Positions 33,783 through 44,739 of a DNA stretch of 64,000 bases are shown in pieces (the stretch's first letter is position 1; each line of letters begins with the position of its first letter). The DNA is from Pirellulales bacterium. Lineage in GTDB: Bacteria; Planctomycetota; Planctomycetia; Pirellulales; PALSA-1355. The DNA lies in the NCBI GenBank assembly GCA_963733035.1, contig CAVTBU010000005.1, positions 1 through 64,000 on the forward strand, in the 5' to 3' direction. The position numbers were made by a program, and so were the translations under genes. Below the pieces are notes generated by a model. It did not search any database and was not told the DNA's origin. It saw only the letters and a list, made by a program, of their open reading frames with translations.

Positions 33783-34628
33783 TCAATACCCCACCCTCTC
33801 AACCCCTTCCGCCAACTGATCTCCACTCCGTTGCGAATACCGGCTTGTGGTCTGCAGATTCTCGTGCCCCAAGATCTGAGCAAGGGACACGAGATCGTTC
33901 CCATTGTCTGCCAAGAACTGTTTGGCAAACGTGTGTCTGAACAAGTGCGGGTGAAGGCGAACGCCGATCAAAGTCGAGTATTTTTGGCAGAGTGCCCTTA
34001 CGCCATCGTCAGTGATAGGACCTCGCTCGCCAATAAAGACTTTGCTAGAAACCGGAGGGCGAGTCTCCAAGTATTCCTGCAGCGCCCGACGAGCCGGCAA
34101 GGGTAACGGCACAGTCCGCTGCTTGCCGCCCTTGCCATGCCGAAAAACTACTGACCCTGCTCGCTCTCCGATCATCAAGTCTCTCAGTTCAAGATTCACA
34201 AGATCAGACACCCGGCAACCCGTGTAGAGTAGCAATGCAAAGATTGCTCCCGCCCGAACGTCCTGCCGCAGTTCGATCTCGCGCAGCAACCGCCGAACGT
34301 CTGCACGTTCAAGTCCTTTGGGAGCCAATTGCTGCCGCCGCAGTTCCTTCACACCTTTGGCTGGATTGGCTTCCAATCGCCCTTCAACCACCAACCACTC
34401 GAAGAACCTTCGGATCATCACCAGCGCACGATTGATGCTGGCGATCGCCTGCTTTTGTTCCCGGTGCAGATGATTTCGAAAATCCACGACGTCTCGTAGC
34501 GTCGTTCGTTTCACCGTGAAAGGTTCTTGGTTCGCCTCGACGAACCAACTGGCGAACTTCCGGAGGTCGTTGCGAATGGCGCGGCAGGTATGCTCGGAGA
34601 AGTCATGGGCGTCCAGGTAAGCCGCCAC
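33783..34628 (-). CDS. XerC/D-like tyrosine integrase (true start probably near 34715 across a frameshift)
   Basis: YTGCRVSD, GKGGKQRTVP, HPHLFRHT, LGHENLQTTSRY; all catalytic residues present. Confidence 0.93.
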   Translation of the reverse strand: MAAYLDAHDFSEHTCRAIRNDLRKFASWFVEANQEPFTVKRTTLRDVVDFRNHLHREQKQAIASINRALVMIRRFFEWLVVEGRLEANPAKGVKELRRQQLAPKGLERADVRRLLREIELRQDVRAGAIFALLLYTGCRVSDLVNLELRDLMIGERAGSVVFRHGKGGKQRTVPLPLPARRALQEYLETRPPVSSKVFIGERGPITDDGVRALCQKYSTLIGVRLHPHLFRHTFAKQFLADNGNDLVSLAQILGHENLQTTSRYSQRSGDQLAEGVERVGY

Positions 34629-34791
34629 AAGCGACGGCTCCTCGCCCCCGACATGCAGTCCCTCGAAAACATTATCACGCCTATTCCAGCGCTTTTCTGG
34701 CGCAAATCAGACATCATTTGGACGGTTTTCTCCTCGGATTGAACAGATAATGGCACTTATCAGCGCCAGACTATCGGGCGAATACTTTCAC

Positions 34792-35097
34792 CTAATTGGG
34801 GTAAACGACCACGTGAATCGGCTCCGGTCGCTTCTTGCTTCCCTTCTTGGTCAGGGGCGTAATCACATAGAACAATCCATCGACGCCAGACCAGTGAGGT
34901 GACTCCTCGCCCAGGTATTCGACGCGAGCATTCTTTCCGCAGAGTTGCCGCAGTTCTTCGGCGTCGCTGGGCCAAGTATGAATCGCCTCCTCGATCACAA
35001 AGATTTCGTGACCAGAATGTCGGTCCAGGAACTCTTCGAGCCTCAGATAACGTTCGCCCTCGCAGAGATGCTTCCATTCGATGAAGTTCATGATCAC
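34792..35097 (-). CDS. Hypothetical protein
   Basis: GTGA overlap with the upstream gene, same strand as the module. Confidence 0.5.
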   Translation of the reverse strand: MIMNFIEWKHLCEGERYLRLEEFLDRHSGHEIFVIEEAIHTWPSDAEELRQLCGKNARVEYLGEESPHWSGVDGLFYVITPLTKKGSKKRPEPIHVVVYPN

Positions 35098-35526
35098 GGT
35101 CCCTGCGCCTTCAAGTGGATAAACACCGAGCGAATGACTTGCCCCGGATCGACCTGCTCGACGCCCCGAGGGAACAGCGATTTGATCGCCGCTTCGACCT
35201 GGGCTGAACTGGCAACCAGCCCCAATGACTTCAGCCCTTCGAGCAGTTCGACGTTCAGATTCTGAACGTTTCGTTTCTTGGGCGCTGCTTTTGGGGCGTG
35301 CCGGCAGTAGAACAGGATGGGCTTGCCGTTGATCCCACAGTTCCTACGACGCACTTCTAGACACAATTCTTGCGCCTCCTCGTCATAAAGCGGGCGCCTC
35401 GTGGACGTGTTATAGACAGGAGGTGGGAAGGCGACTTCCGATGAGTTGGTAAAACCTGGCTCTCGATAGCCCAACCATTCGCGCCATTTCAGCCACGGAA
35501 ACCGCCGTTTTGGTCTGATCACCCAT
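35094..35526 (-). CDS. AlpA/excisionase-like HTH protein (frameshift near 35430)
   Basis: AVSVAEMARMVGLSRARFYQLIG then AFPPPVYNTSTRRPLYD. Confidence 0.65.
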
Positions 35527-35584
35527 CGGACGTCTAAAACCCTCGAATTTGATTGAATTTGGACACATTTCGGACGTGTTCTGG

Positions 35585-35749
35585 TCAGTTTGTTGAACGT
35601 CTCCCAGCATCGAACGCTGCCTCCGAGGCGTCCTTGATCGACCACACCGAAAGGGAATGAAAATCAAGGCGGTCGCTTTTCCGCTCGTGGAGTGTTTCCA
35701 GCCCCAGATGCTTCTTGGCAATCTCAAGTAAGAGTTGGTCTTTGGTCAC
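35585..35749 (-). CDS. Small DUF6900-like protein, 54 aa
   Basis: MTKDQLLLEIAKKHLGLETLHERKSDRLDFHSLSVWSIKDASEAAFDAG; not in the ORF track. Confidence 0.7.
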   Translation of the reverse strand: MTKDQLLLEIAKKHLGLETLHERKSDRLDFHSLSVWSIKDASEAAFDAGRRSTN

Positions 35750-35788
35750 GGTTGTCCCTTCGTAGTCCAGATCGTTGAACTGGATGAT

Positions 35789-36733
35789 CTATCCAGCTGC
35801 GTGTTCATAGCCAGTGCCCGTCAATTGCCGCCGACCTTGGTCATCCTTGATGACCAGCCCCGCACGAATGAGGAACGGTTCACTGACACTGGAGATCGTC
35901 CTGGCAGGCAACCCCAGCAGCGAAGCGATGACGTTTAATCGCTGCGGACCGTCCCTGAGAATGGCAAGGTATCGCTGCTCAATGGGACCAAGCCCGATCT
36001 CGTCGATCTGTTCCAATGCGCACGCACGAGACAAATGATCCAATATGATGAATCTTTCGCCCTGTGCGCGGCACACTCGGTAGCACGCCTGCAGCAATCT
36101 CAAGGCAAGCCGTGGCGTTCCTCGGGATCGCTGAGCGATGAGCGGCAGCACCTCTTGATCGACCTCCCACCGAAGACTTCTCGCTCGGTGCCGAATCACG
36201 GTCGCCAGTTCATCTTCGCTGTAGAAGTCGAAACGTAACACCAGCCGCATTCTTTGGCGCAGAGGGTCGAGCAAAGCGTACTCATCTGTCGTGCTCAGCA
36301 GCAAAGTGAAGTCAGCAATCGGCAACGTCTGGATGCTCTTGCCACCACTCACAAAAAGTTTTCTTTGGTCCAGAGCTAGGTAGAGATTTGTTTGCAGGGC
36401 AGGCTTAATCTCATGAGCCTCATCGACATGACACACTGATTTGTCGCGTGCGCTCAACAGAAACGCATTCAAATCTCCAGGCGTCGAGATGCTTTGCCCG
36501 ATCACCTCGTGAAAATCGGTTGCCATCTCGCTGGCGATCACTCGTGCCATGGCACTCTTGCCGCAGCCCGGTGGACCGACGAGTAGGCACGAGTCCATCT
36601 TCCTGCCATCTTCAAACGCAGCATCTAACGCAACACGAACTTGCTCGACGACACTTCGTTGCCCAGTGATGTGGCTCAGGCTAGAAGGGGAAACGTCCCC
36701 GATTTCTAGATTGTTGCTGTCGTCCATCATCAA
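35789..36733 (-). CDS. ruvB: RuvB-like AAA+ ATPase (orphan paralog)
   Basis: GPPGCGKS, VDEAH, PLRQRM, SRGTPRLALRLL, C-terminal winged helix EPFLIRAGLV. Confidence 0.88.
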   Translation of the reverse strand: MMMDDSNNLEIGDVSPSSLSHITGQRSVVEQVRVALDAAFEDGRKMDSCLLVGPPGCGKSAMARVIASEMATDFHEVIGQSISTPGDLNAFLLSARDKSVCHVDEAHEIKPALQTNLYLALDQRKLFVSGGKSIQTLPIADFTLLLSTTDEYALLDPLRQRMRLVLRFDFYSEDELATVIRHRARSLRWEVDQEVLPLIAQRSRGTPRLALRLLQACYRVCRAQGERFIILDHLSRACALEQIDEIGLGPIEQRYLAILRDGPQRLNVIASLLGLPARTISSVSEPFLIRAGLVIKDDQGRRQLTGTGYEHAAG

Positions 36734-36964
36734 CTTCCTAGCCGTACGATGTGTAGTTCCTGTTCAGCCTCGGCTTTGCTGTGCCAGAGTTCGCCGTCTC
36801 GGCGTCGTTTTTTCCACGCGCCGCTGCGCCAGTAGCGATTTCTCTCACGGTGAAAAATCATCCATCTGCGCCATTTGGGACGTCCGATCTCCAGTAGGAT
36901 CACGTTGTGGGGTGCCATTTGGCGCGTACCTGTACACCAGTACTTGGAGCGTTTTGCAAGTCCC

Positions 36965-37572
36965 TTACCGAGAAATTCTTTCGAGGGGCTCGAATCCAAG
37001 TGCCTCGAAGGCTTCCTTCAGCCCTTCCTCGCTCGGGTAGCCGCCCTGGTCATCGACGTTCTCGATTTCTCTGCAGCGATTGTCGGAGAGCCACGAGTAA
37101 ACTTCTGATATCCCAGCCCTGGGGCAAATCGAACTCCCCCTTTAACTTCCAGGCTGCGTCGTTGATGTTCTCCACCGTGGCTTCAAATTCACGGTCGGAG
37201 TAATCGTCCTCATCGAGAATCGGATAATCATCGAGGCACTGCATCAAGTGGTGATAGGTCTTGAATGCCTCGGTGATCTCGCCGTTCTTGAACACCCTGA
37301 GGCTGAAGCCATCGAGGACTAGCCCAGTGGCTGTGGCTCTCGGGGACCACATCGGCGTCATCACCCTCGCTGTACGGCTTGAGCAATCGCTGGGTCACGG
37401 TTTCATTCGACTGGTCGATGAGTCCGCTGTCCCGATGGTTTGTATAGACCACGGTCCACTGTTCAGGGTCATCGAGTTCGTTTTTTCGGAACCAGATGAA
37501 GCAGTGGAACTGCTGCCAGTTACCTGCCGCTTGCTTGGCTGCTTCTTCGAGTGTGAGTTCGGCGAGTTTCAT
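36965..37572 (-). CDS. Acidic hypothetical protein (several frameshifts)
   Basis: MKLAELTLEEAAKQAAGNW...HRDSGLIDQSN...HWA...LDDYPILDEDDYSDRE...QGGYPSEE assembled across frames. Confidence 0.6.
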
Positions 37573-37624
37573 GCTCTTCCTGTGTACAACTAAACTTGGG
37601 CGTCCGAGCAAAACAGTGCGCTAC

Positions 37625-38557
37625 CTAAACCTCTTGCAGGTTGCTGCTTTCGAGCTCGGTGGCACGGCTGAAGCTCAGGATGAATTCTGACGCCTTGGAT
37701 GCCTGACTGGCGGCTTGCAGGATGGCACGAGGATCGCTTTCCAGGTGCTTGAGCCAGGACGCCAAGTAGGATGTGTGATTCGTCAGGTCGTCCGACGACG
37801 GCACGCCGGTCTGGGCACAGAGGTAGCACGCCCCGATCTCGGCAATGAGTTCGCCAAGGGCGTAACTTCCCTGCCAGCCTAGCCGCACTTCAGACCAGTG
37901 CACCAATTCGTGGAAACTGGTCGAAACGAAGTCTTTCTGGGAAGCGAACTGACTTGGGTGCGGAATCTGGATGTAGTCGCCGCCGGTGTGGTGGGGAAAT
38001 TCCCCACTCGGTCGCACGTAGAAAGCCTTGTCGCCGCCGAAGTGAAACTCAGCCTCGGTCGCCTGGATTGCGGTTCGAGCGGATTCAAAGTCGGGTTCGA
38101 GCGAAGACGACTCAGAATCGGCAATGGATCGAAGGTGATCGACGCTTTCGCCGTCCACCTGATCGACGTTGAAAACTGTGTAGTATCGGAGCAGAGGGAA
38201 GGATCTGGACCTTCTCCTCGCCGTCCTCGACCTTGATCCGTTTGATCTTCTTGTAGAAGACGATTTGGGTGCCCCAACATCCTGGTTTCACGTTGTCTGG
38301 GCGCTTTTGGACCTGAGCGCCTAGACTTACCCATTGCTGGTAGGTGCCCCAGTGACGGCTCGCATAGCCACGGGACATCGCCACGAGGTCGAGCAGAATG
38401 GGATTTACGCCCGAGTAGGGACGCTTAGAGATGACGTTGGCAGGGAGCCTGAGTTCTTGCCGGGCTGCCAGGGCTTCCGCCAGGGGACGACCCCGTTTTT
38501 GAGTCCTTCGATGATGCGGTCGGTGATGTGCTTCTGGATGTCGGCTTGGCTGGGCAT
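37625..38557 (-). CDS. ardC: ArdC-family antirestriction protein (ssDNA-binding plus zincin-like domain), frameshifted
   Basis: ITDRIIEGLKNGVVPWRKPW, YSGVN, WGTYQQW, FHELVHW, YALGELIAEIGA, SYLASWL. Confidence 0.88.
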
Positions 38558-38698
38558 GGCTGGCTCCTTTAACCCAGCCGTGTACAACCAAACTTCCCAG
38601 TAGAGCCCTCTGAACTGCGCATCAAGCCGGTTCGTGGTCCGGACCTTGAAACTCACGTCAGATGGTCATATAGAAGTAGGTTTCAACTGTGGGATGCA

Positions 38699-40072
38699 AT
38701 GACCAATGGGCTGGAGGTTTTGATGCAGGATAGTACTGCCTACGCCTGTGAAGCATTTGTACGGGCGGCGTTTGAAGCAAAACGCCAATCTGCTGCACAA
38801 GATGAGTTCTACGCAAACAAGGAACTTGACGAGGCGTATCGACACCTTTTCAAGACGGTGGCGAAGGCAACTGCAAGCGATGTCCAGTGGCAGATGGGCT
38901 TTTTCCCATTTGCCTGGGTCTTCGCAGATCACATTTGGGAAGACGATGACCTCGATATTGACGACGCAATTCGAGGCTTTACGAATTCGCTACAGAATAC
39001 CTTGGACGATCTAGCCCTTATTGACTGGATCGCATGCGTTCCATTGGAACGAGCCTTCCAAAAGTTCCCCCCATATACGGACTTCGGATTGTTCTCCATC
39101 GTGAACGCTCGTTCGATGTCGCCTGCTACGGAAGAAGACCTGCTAGCCACTTTTCGCTCGATACTTGCAGATCATTGCAGTGTCAACTTCATGCCTGACT
39201 CTGAAGTTCAGGAGTCGTACGTTCGACTCGGCAGCCATTTTTACGTGAAAAGTCGGTTCTACGTCCCTGGTCGTCCCCTATTGGTCGTGCCCATCGGCAG
39301 AGGTGAAGCAAGCACAAACGCTGAACTCCTCCGTCAACGCATCCATGCCATTGCGCCGCTGCTTCAACTGTGCCAAGTTGTTTTGGAGAGCAACCAGGGG
39401 ACGGATACCAGTGCGAGTGGTCCATATAGTCGGCGACCTGACGGCACGGGATTGCTAGAAGACGGTTTCACGAGAATTCCCCACGTCTGCTTAGCGATCA
39501 ACAAGAGGACGGGGCAGGCTGATTGGTGGAATACGTCGTTGACACAGTACGAGACTCCGGTTGGCGACGGCTATGATCCCGACGCATTCGTAGATACTTG
39601 GCAAAAAACAGTCGGACCATTGATTGAAGCGAACGAAGCCGGTTTTGGGGGCAAACTACGTCAGGCAATTGACAGTGCCATTGCACTTGTGGCGAGATGC
39701 CGTCACGCTGAATTCGGAGATGCCACTCTGCACGCAGTGATCGCCACGGAGACAATTCTTAATCCATTTGGCACCTCCGGTGACATTGCAGAGCGATTTG
39801 CATTGTTGGCAGCCGCCCTCACCCAGTCAGACCCAACAGGGCGGCAAGAGCGATACACGCTTGCAAAGGCGCTTTACAAGGAACGATGCCATGCAGTTCA
39901 CCGATCACGAATGCACGGAAGTGTTGAGAATGCAAGCCATGCAGCCGTGGAAGTTTTTACGGAATGTCTAGGAGCCATACTCCGTTGGGCAATCAGATGC
40001 ACCAAAGAAGGGAAGCGCATAGACCAAGACGCTTTTGAGGAACTGTACGTAGATTCCATCTTCAACCGATAG
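38699..40072 (+). CDS. HEPN-domain protein (ApeA-like C-terminus)
   Basis: VIATETIL...IAERFALLAA...KALYKERCHAVH (Rx4H). Confidence 0.7.
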   Translation: MTNGLEVLMQDSTAYACEAFVRAAFEAKRQSAAQDEFYANKELDEAYRHLFKTVAKATASDVQWQMGFFPFAWVFADHIWEDDDLDIDDAIRGFTNSLQNTLDDLALIDWIACVPLERAFQKFPPYTDFGLFSIVNARSMSPATEEDLLATFRSILADHCSVNFMPDSEVQESYVRLGSHFYVKSRFYVPGRPLLVVPIGRGEASTNAELLRQRIHAIAPLLQLCQVVLESNQGTDTSASGPYSRRPDGTGLLEDGFTRIPHVCLAINKRTGQADWWNTSLTQYETPVGDGYDPDAFVDTWQKTVGPLIEANEAGFGGKLRQAIDSAIALVARCRHAEFGDATLHAVIATETILNPFGTSGDIAERFALLAAALTQSDPTGRQERYTLAKALYKERCHAVHRSRMHGSVENASHAAVEVFTECLGAILRWAIRCTKEGKRIDQDAFEELYVDSIFNR

Positions 40073-40221
40073 GGCAGCAGATCATTCTGCATCACAGCGA
40101 GCGACTTCACTACAAAGTTCAATCGTTGATTGCCCTGCCCCACCTCTGGTAGACTTGCTCAGCCGCCCCGAGCGGGTGATGTGGGCTCTTGTGTAGTTAC
40201 CAACAATGGACGGGCGCATTT

Positions 40222-41238
40222 ATGGCAGTGTGGTTAGTTCGGGCAGGGAAGCACGGCGAGAACGAACAGTCAGCCATCGAGAACAAACTCGTCACCATTG
40301 GTTGGAATGAGTTGTCCGACCTATCGCCGTTCCAGAGCCGAGAGGCATTGACCGACCTCTTCGTGCAGGCTCATCCGAACGACTCGAAGCCCAAGGTTTC
40401 GAATGAGGTCGGGCAAATCTGGGCTTTCCGTGGAAGGATTGAGGAAGGTGATCTGGTTGTCCTGCCGCTCAAGACCCAATCGGCGATTGCCATCGGCAGG
40501 GTCGCTGGACCATACAACTACCGAACGGACCTCGGCGATTCCGTCCATCACACTCGAAGCGTCGAGTGGTTGAAGACCGACTTGCCTCGAACGACCTTCG
40601 ATCAAGACATCCTGCATTCGTTCGGCGCATTCATGACGGTTTGCCAGATTAGTCGCAACAATGCGGAGGAACGAATCCGAGCAATCATTGGCGGAAAGTC
40701 TCACCCAGGTGGAGGGAGCAAGTCAGACGACGAGCCAGAAGATGAAACCGAATCTTCGCTCGACATCGAACAAGCCGCCAAGGATCAAATTCTCAATCAC
40801 ATTCAAAGCAAGTTCGCTGGACACGCACTTGCCAGAATTGTTGACGCAGTTCTTCAAGCCGAAGGATACTTGACCCGTGTTTCACCTCCTGGTCCCGATG
40901 GTGGCGTAGACATCCTCGCAGGCACTGGACCGATGGGCTTCGGAGAACCGAGACTTTGCGTGCAAGTCAAATCATCTTCGTCACCCGCCGATGTGAACAT
41001 CCTGCGTGGTTTGCAAGGCATTCTTCAGAATTTCCACGCCGACCAAGGTTTGCTCGTCTGCTGGGGTGGGTTCAAGACCTCAGTGCTTCAGGAAGCCCGC
41101 CAGAGTTTCTTTACGATTCGTCTATGGGATTCTGGCGACCTCCTCGCAGCGATCCTGCGTAACCACGACAAGTTTCCCGACGAACTTCAGGCAGAGTTAC
41201 CCTTGAAACGGATTTGGGCGTTGGTGTTAGAGGACTAG
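40222..41238 (+). CDS. Mrr-family restriction endonuclease
   Basis: WLVRAG N-terminus; PGPDGGVDILA...CVQVKS (D-QxK). Confidence 0.88.
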   Translation: MAVWLVRAGKHGENEQSAIENKLVTIGWNELSDLSPFQSREALTDLFVQAHPNDSKPKVSNEVGQIWAFRGRIEEGDLVVLPLKTQSAIAIGRVAGPYNYRTDLGDSVHHTRSVEWLKTDLPRTTFDQDILHSFGAFMTVCQISRNNAEERIRAIIGGKSHPGGGSKSDDEPEDETESSLDIEQAAKDQILNHIQSKFAGHALARIVDAVLQAEGYLTRVSPPGPDGGVDILAGTGPMGFGEPRLCVQVKSSSSPADVNILRGLQGILQNFHADQGLLVCWGGFKTSVLQEARQSFFTIRLWDSGDLLAAILRNHDKFPDELQAELPLKRIWALVLED

Positions 41239-41246
41239 GAAATCAA

Positions 41247-42211
41247 ATGGCAAACAACCTCTCCGAAATTGAAAAACGGCTCTGGGAATCGGCGGACCAA
41301 CTGCGTGCCAATTCCAACCTCAAATCGTCCGAGTACTCGGTGCCGGTGCTCGGGCTGATCTTCTCTGCGCTACGCCGATCACAAGTTCTCCATCGCCGAG
41401 CAGGAACTGGCGGGCAAGGGGTCGGGGCGGCGAAAGATCGGCAAGGCGGACTATCAAGCCCAAGGCGTGATGTATCTCCCGCCCGAGGCTCGCTTCTCAA
41501 AACTGCTTGAACCTGCCCGAGGGAGAGAACATCGGCAAGGCGATCAACGAGGCGATGAAGGCGGTCGAAGCCGAGAACGACGAACTGAAAGGCGTCCTGC
41601 CGAAGACGTACACCAGGATTGAGAACTCAACACTAGTCACGCTGCTGAAGACGTTCTCGCAGATTCCGATGGACATCGAGGGCGATGCCTTTGGGAAAAT
41701 CTACGAATACTTCCTCGGCAATTTCGCCCGTGCCGAAGGTCAGAAGGGCGGCGAGTTCTTCACGCCCACCTCACTTGGTCCGGCTCATCGTCGAGATCAT
41801 CGAACCCTATCACGGTCTGATCTTCGATCCCGCCTGCGGATCGGGCGGCATGTTCGTTCAAAGTGCCGATTTCGTCAAAGCACATAAGAAAAGTCCCAGT
41901 GCCGAGATTTCCATCTACGGTCAAGAACGGGTGGACGAGACTCGACAACTTTGTCTGATGAACCTCGCCGTCCATGCCCTGTCGGGCGAAATCCGTGAAG
42001 GCAACAGTTACTACGAAGACTTGCACAAAAGCGTCGGCAAGTTCGACTTCGTATTGGCTAATCCGCCGTTCAACGTGTACAAGGTGGACAAGGAGAAGAT
42101 CAAGGACGACCCTCGGTTTCCGTTTGGGATGCCACGGGCGGACAATGCCAACTACCTGTGGATTCAATTGTTCTACAGCACCTTGAACGCCAAAGGTCGC
42201 GCGGGCTTCGT
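41247..42211 (+). pseudogene. hsdM: Type I R-M methyltransferase HsdM, frameshifted and 3'-truncated
   Basis: [33 protein letters not shown]; homology stops at GRAGFV; no hsdS or hsdR follows. Confidence 0.88.
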
Positions 42212-42447
42212 TGGAGTTCCCCCCGTGAAATGAACCAGTGCGAAAATGGTGAGGCCACTATTTCTTGATATGCGATTTGGGCGAATACCGTACGTGACCA
42301 CATTGCTGAAGCAACTCGACTCATCCGACACGGCGGCGCACTGACGCGACTCGGCTTCTGACCCACGCACACAGTAGTTTGTCGGCATTCTCCGAGGTCC
42401 AGAGCTTGTTCGATCCGTTCCAATAAGGACACTTGGAGTAGTCGGCA

Positions 42448-43251
42448 ATGAATCGAGACAAAGAACGCTTCTACCACGCCCAAGCCGCAAAGCTAGATCG
42501 GAGACGCAAATGGCAATGTATGGTGGTTTTTCCCCTAGTCGCCCGATTTGGCGATCTTGTGCGTATTGAGCTCGAATACCAACACGGCAGATTCAAAATC
42601 GATTTGTATATTCCGGCGCTGAAGCTTGCGGTTGAAGTTGACGAGCCATTTCATAGCCGACAAGAGGAAGCCGATGCACGGCGGATGACATGCATCGAAT
42701 CGGAACTCGGCTGCGAGTTTACCCGTATAAAAGTCAATAATGTAGCCGGTGTCTATGGCCAACTCGACGACCTCTGCCAGGAGATTGAGCGACGGCTAGC
42801 TGAGCTCTCCTTGGAAACGTGGCAACTTCCAACTCGCAGCCGAATCCGTCGTGAGTCCTCGTCAGCCGGCTACAGCGACGGAAACCTCCACGAGCTAGAA
42901 CAAAGCGGGATTCCAGCTCGTGTCAGCGAGATGAGACTAGACCTGGAGTCTCTCCAAATCGACGTGATTGACGACTTGGGGCCTGTAATCCCCGGAAACG
43001 GCGAGCTCGGATTTTCGGTCGCCATGCCGGGAATTAAGTTCTGCATTAGCATTAGGTCAAACGGCCAGGCGAAAGTTCTGGTGACTGACTACTTGGAGCC
43101 AGCTCTGAAATCGTTGGGAATCACACTAGACGGACCCAAGAAAGGGCGGGTGCCATATTGGGTAATCAACGAGCTTCGTGGCCGATTCGACATCGAGGTG
43201 CTCACAGGCCGGCTGGCAACATTTCATCAAATACTGCAAGACTCGCTGTGA
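42448..43251 (+). CDS. AbaSI/Vsr(DUF559)-like endonuclease domain protein
   Basis: EYQ...IDLYIPALKLAVEVDEPFH...DARR. Confidence 0.65.
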   Translation: MNRDKERFYHAQAAKLDRRRKWQCMVVFPLVARFGDLVRIELEYQHGRFKIDLYIPALKLAVEVDEPFHSRQEEADARRMTCIESELGCEFTRIKVNNVAGVYGQLDDLCQEIERRLAELSLETWQLPTRSRIRRESSSAGYSDGNLHELEQSGIPARVSEMRLDLESLQIDVIDDLGPVIPGNGELGFSVAMPGIKFCISIRSNGQAKVLVTDYLEPALKSLGITLDGPKKGRVPYWVINELRGRFDIEVLTGRLATFHQILQDSL

Positions 43252-43344
43252 CCAGTCCACCAAATGCGCCACGAGAACCATCATGGATTCGCAACTGTAG
43301 GCAACGTGCGAAAGTGCGTACAAAAAGACGTTTCCAATCGGCCG

Positions 43345-43640
43345 GGGGAACGTCGAGGTCATCACGGCCGGCACGAACGACGGCCTGGAGCTGCCCGTGT
43401 GGCTTCGCGCGTCAATCGTCCGCCGCCAGGCGTAGAACGCGGACTCGGTCAGCCGCTCACGCTTGCAAAACGCCCGGACACTTAACCCGCTCGCCACAAA
43501 GCGCCTGAGCATGTCGCGCCAAAACCGTTCCTTGCTGGCATCCCGTCGCATGTTCGCCATCGACCACCTCCAAAGTTGAGGTAGCCCCAGCTTGACCGGC
43601 TACGCCCACCGGCAGAAGATGCGGTTGGCGGAACGGACAC
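43345..43640 (-). mobile_element. IS66 left-end remnant with truncated tnpA
   Basis: IR GTGTCCGTTCCG at 43640; FWRDMLRRFVASGLSVRAFCKRERLTESAFYAWRR, near-identical to tnpA at 47434-47769. Confidence 0.85.
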
Positions 43641-43689
43641 GTTTTAGTCGTGAGCAAACCGGAGTCGCATTAAGCACAAAAGGGCATTA

Positions 43690-44358
43690 ATGATGTGCGC
43701 TCGTAGAAATCCCGACTCACATCCACGACTTATCGGACCAACGGGCACGTTCGAGTCAACGGCACCGACATGGCGAGGCAATTATCCCAAAGGGCTGACT
43801 CCAGACGAGTTCCTAGTCGCCCAGTCAATTCGGTCACAGATGTGGGCTACAGGATGCCGAGTTGCGGACATAGTTGAGGCGTTGGAGAGATTTGTCGGAA
43901 CCGCTCGCCCAAGTTGCCGAGCGACGCACCAAAGCTTTTCCCAGTTGGCCGAAGCTGAACTACATCGACTCATAGCTAATCACTGGAAGTCCTTGAAATG
44001 GCACCGGCAACTAACGCTTGAGCGGGAATTCGTTTTCATCAGCGACAACGAGTGGATCGATTTTATCGCTACTGATCCACAACATAACGTCGTGTGCCTG
44101 ATTCTTTTGCAGCAGAACACTGAAGATACGCAAGTCGCAGAGAGACTGGCCTCGATTGTCACTTTGAGCCAAGAGCTCACCCCACAGAGCTTAACTATCG
44201 AGGGCGTCATAATTGCCTGCTCCAGTGGAGCGTCGTCATTGCGAAATCGAGCGAATGAATTTGGACTTCGACTCTTTACAATTGAGATAGAGGCTCTCCG
44301 GCACATCCACGTGAGAGATGAAAAAAGAATTAAGGTGCGGGTTCGTGCGGTTCGGTGA
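43690..44358 (+). CDS. Hypothetical protein with degenerate NucS-like PD-(D/E)XK fold
   Basis: EAELHRLI...REF...IDFIATD...EGVIIA; the ExK position reads LILLQ. Confidence 0.4.
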   Translation: MMCARRNPDSHPRLIGPTGTFESTAPTWRGNYPKGLTPDEFLVAQSIRSQMWATGCRVADIVEALERFVGTARPSCRATHQSFSQLAEAELHRLIANHWKSLKWHRQLTLEREFVFISDNEWIDFIATDPQHNVVCLILLQQNTEDTQVAERLASIVTLSQELTPQSLTIEGVIIACSSGASSLRNRANEFGLRLFTIEIEALRHIHVRDEKRIKVRVRAVR

Positions 44359-44739
44359 GCAGCCCCATTACGCCGGGCCAGCCACTGACAAAGATTCGTT
44401 GGGCAATGACCTTGCCCCTAAGTTTGATCCACTTGGAACGCTAGAGAAACAAGGTTTTCAAGGGGGGCATGCCCCCCTTGAAAAATTCGCGAACTCGACC
44501 GGCGATCGGTCTCCCAGCGCACTGTGGGGCCGATGCTGGTTGTAATCTTTCCGCCAGGCCTCGATCACGTCCTGGGCGTCTTCGAGCGACAAGAACCAGT
44601 GCTGGTTCAAGCACTCTTGCCGGAACTTCCCATTGAACGATTCGATGAACGCGTTGTCCGTGGGCTTGCCCGGCCGGCTGAAGTCGAGCTTCACGCCGTT
44701 GAAGTAGGCCCACCAATCCAATGACTTCGAGACAAACTC

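Noticed and set aside
42400..43640. Non-autonomous IS66 carrying the AbaSI-like gene
   Set aside because: I found no matching right IR or duplicate of the flanking 8-mer GTTTTAGT.
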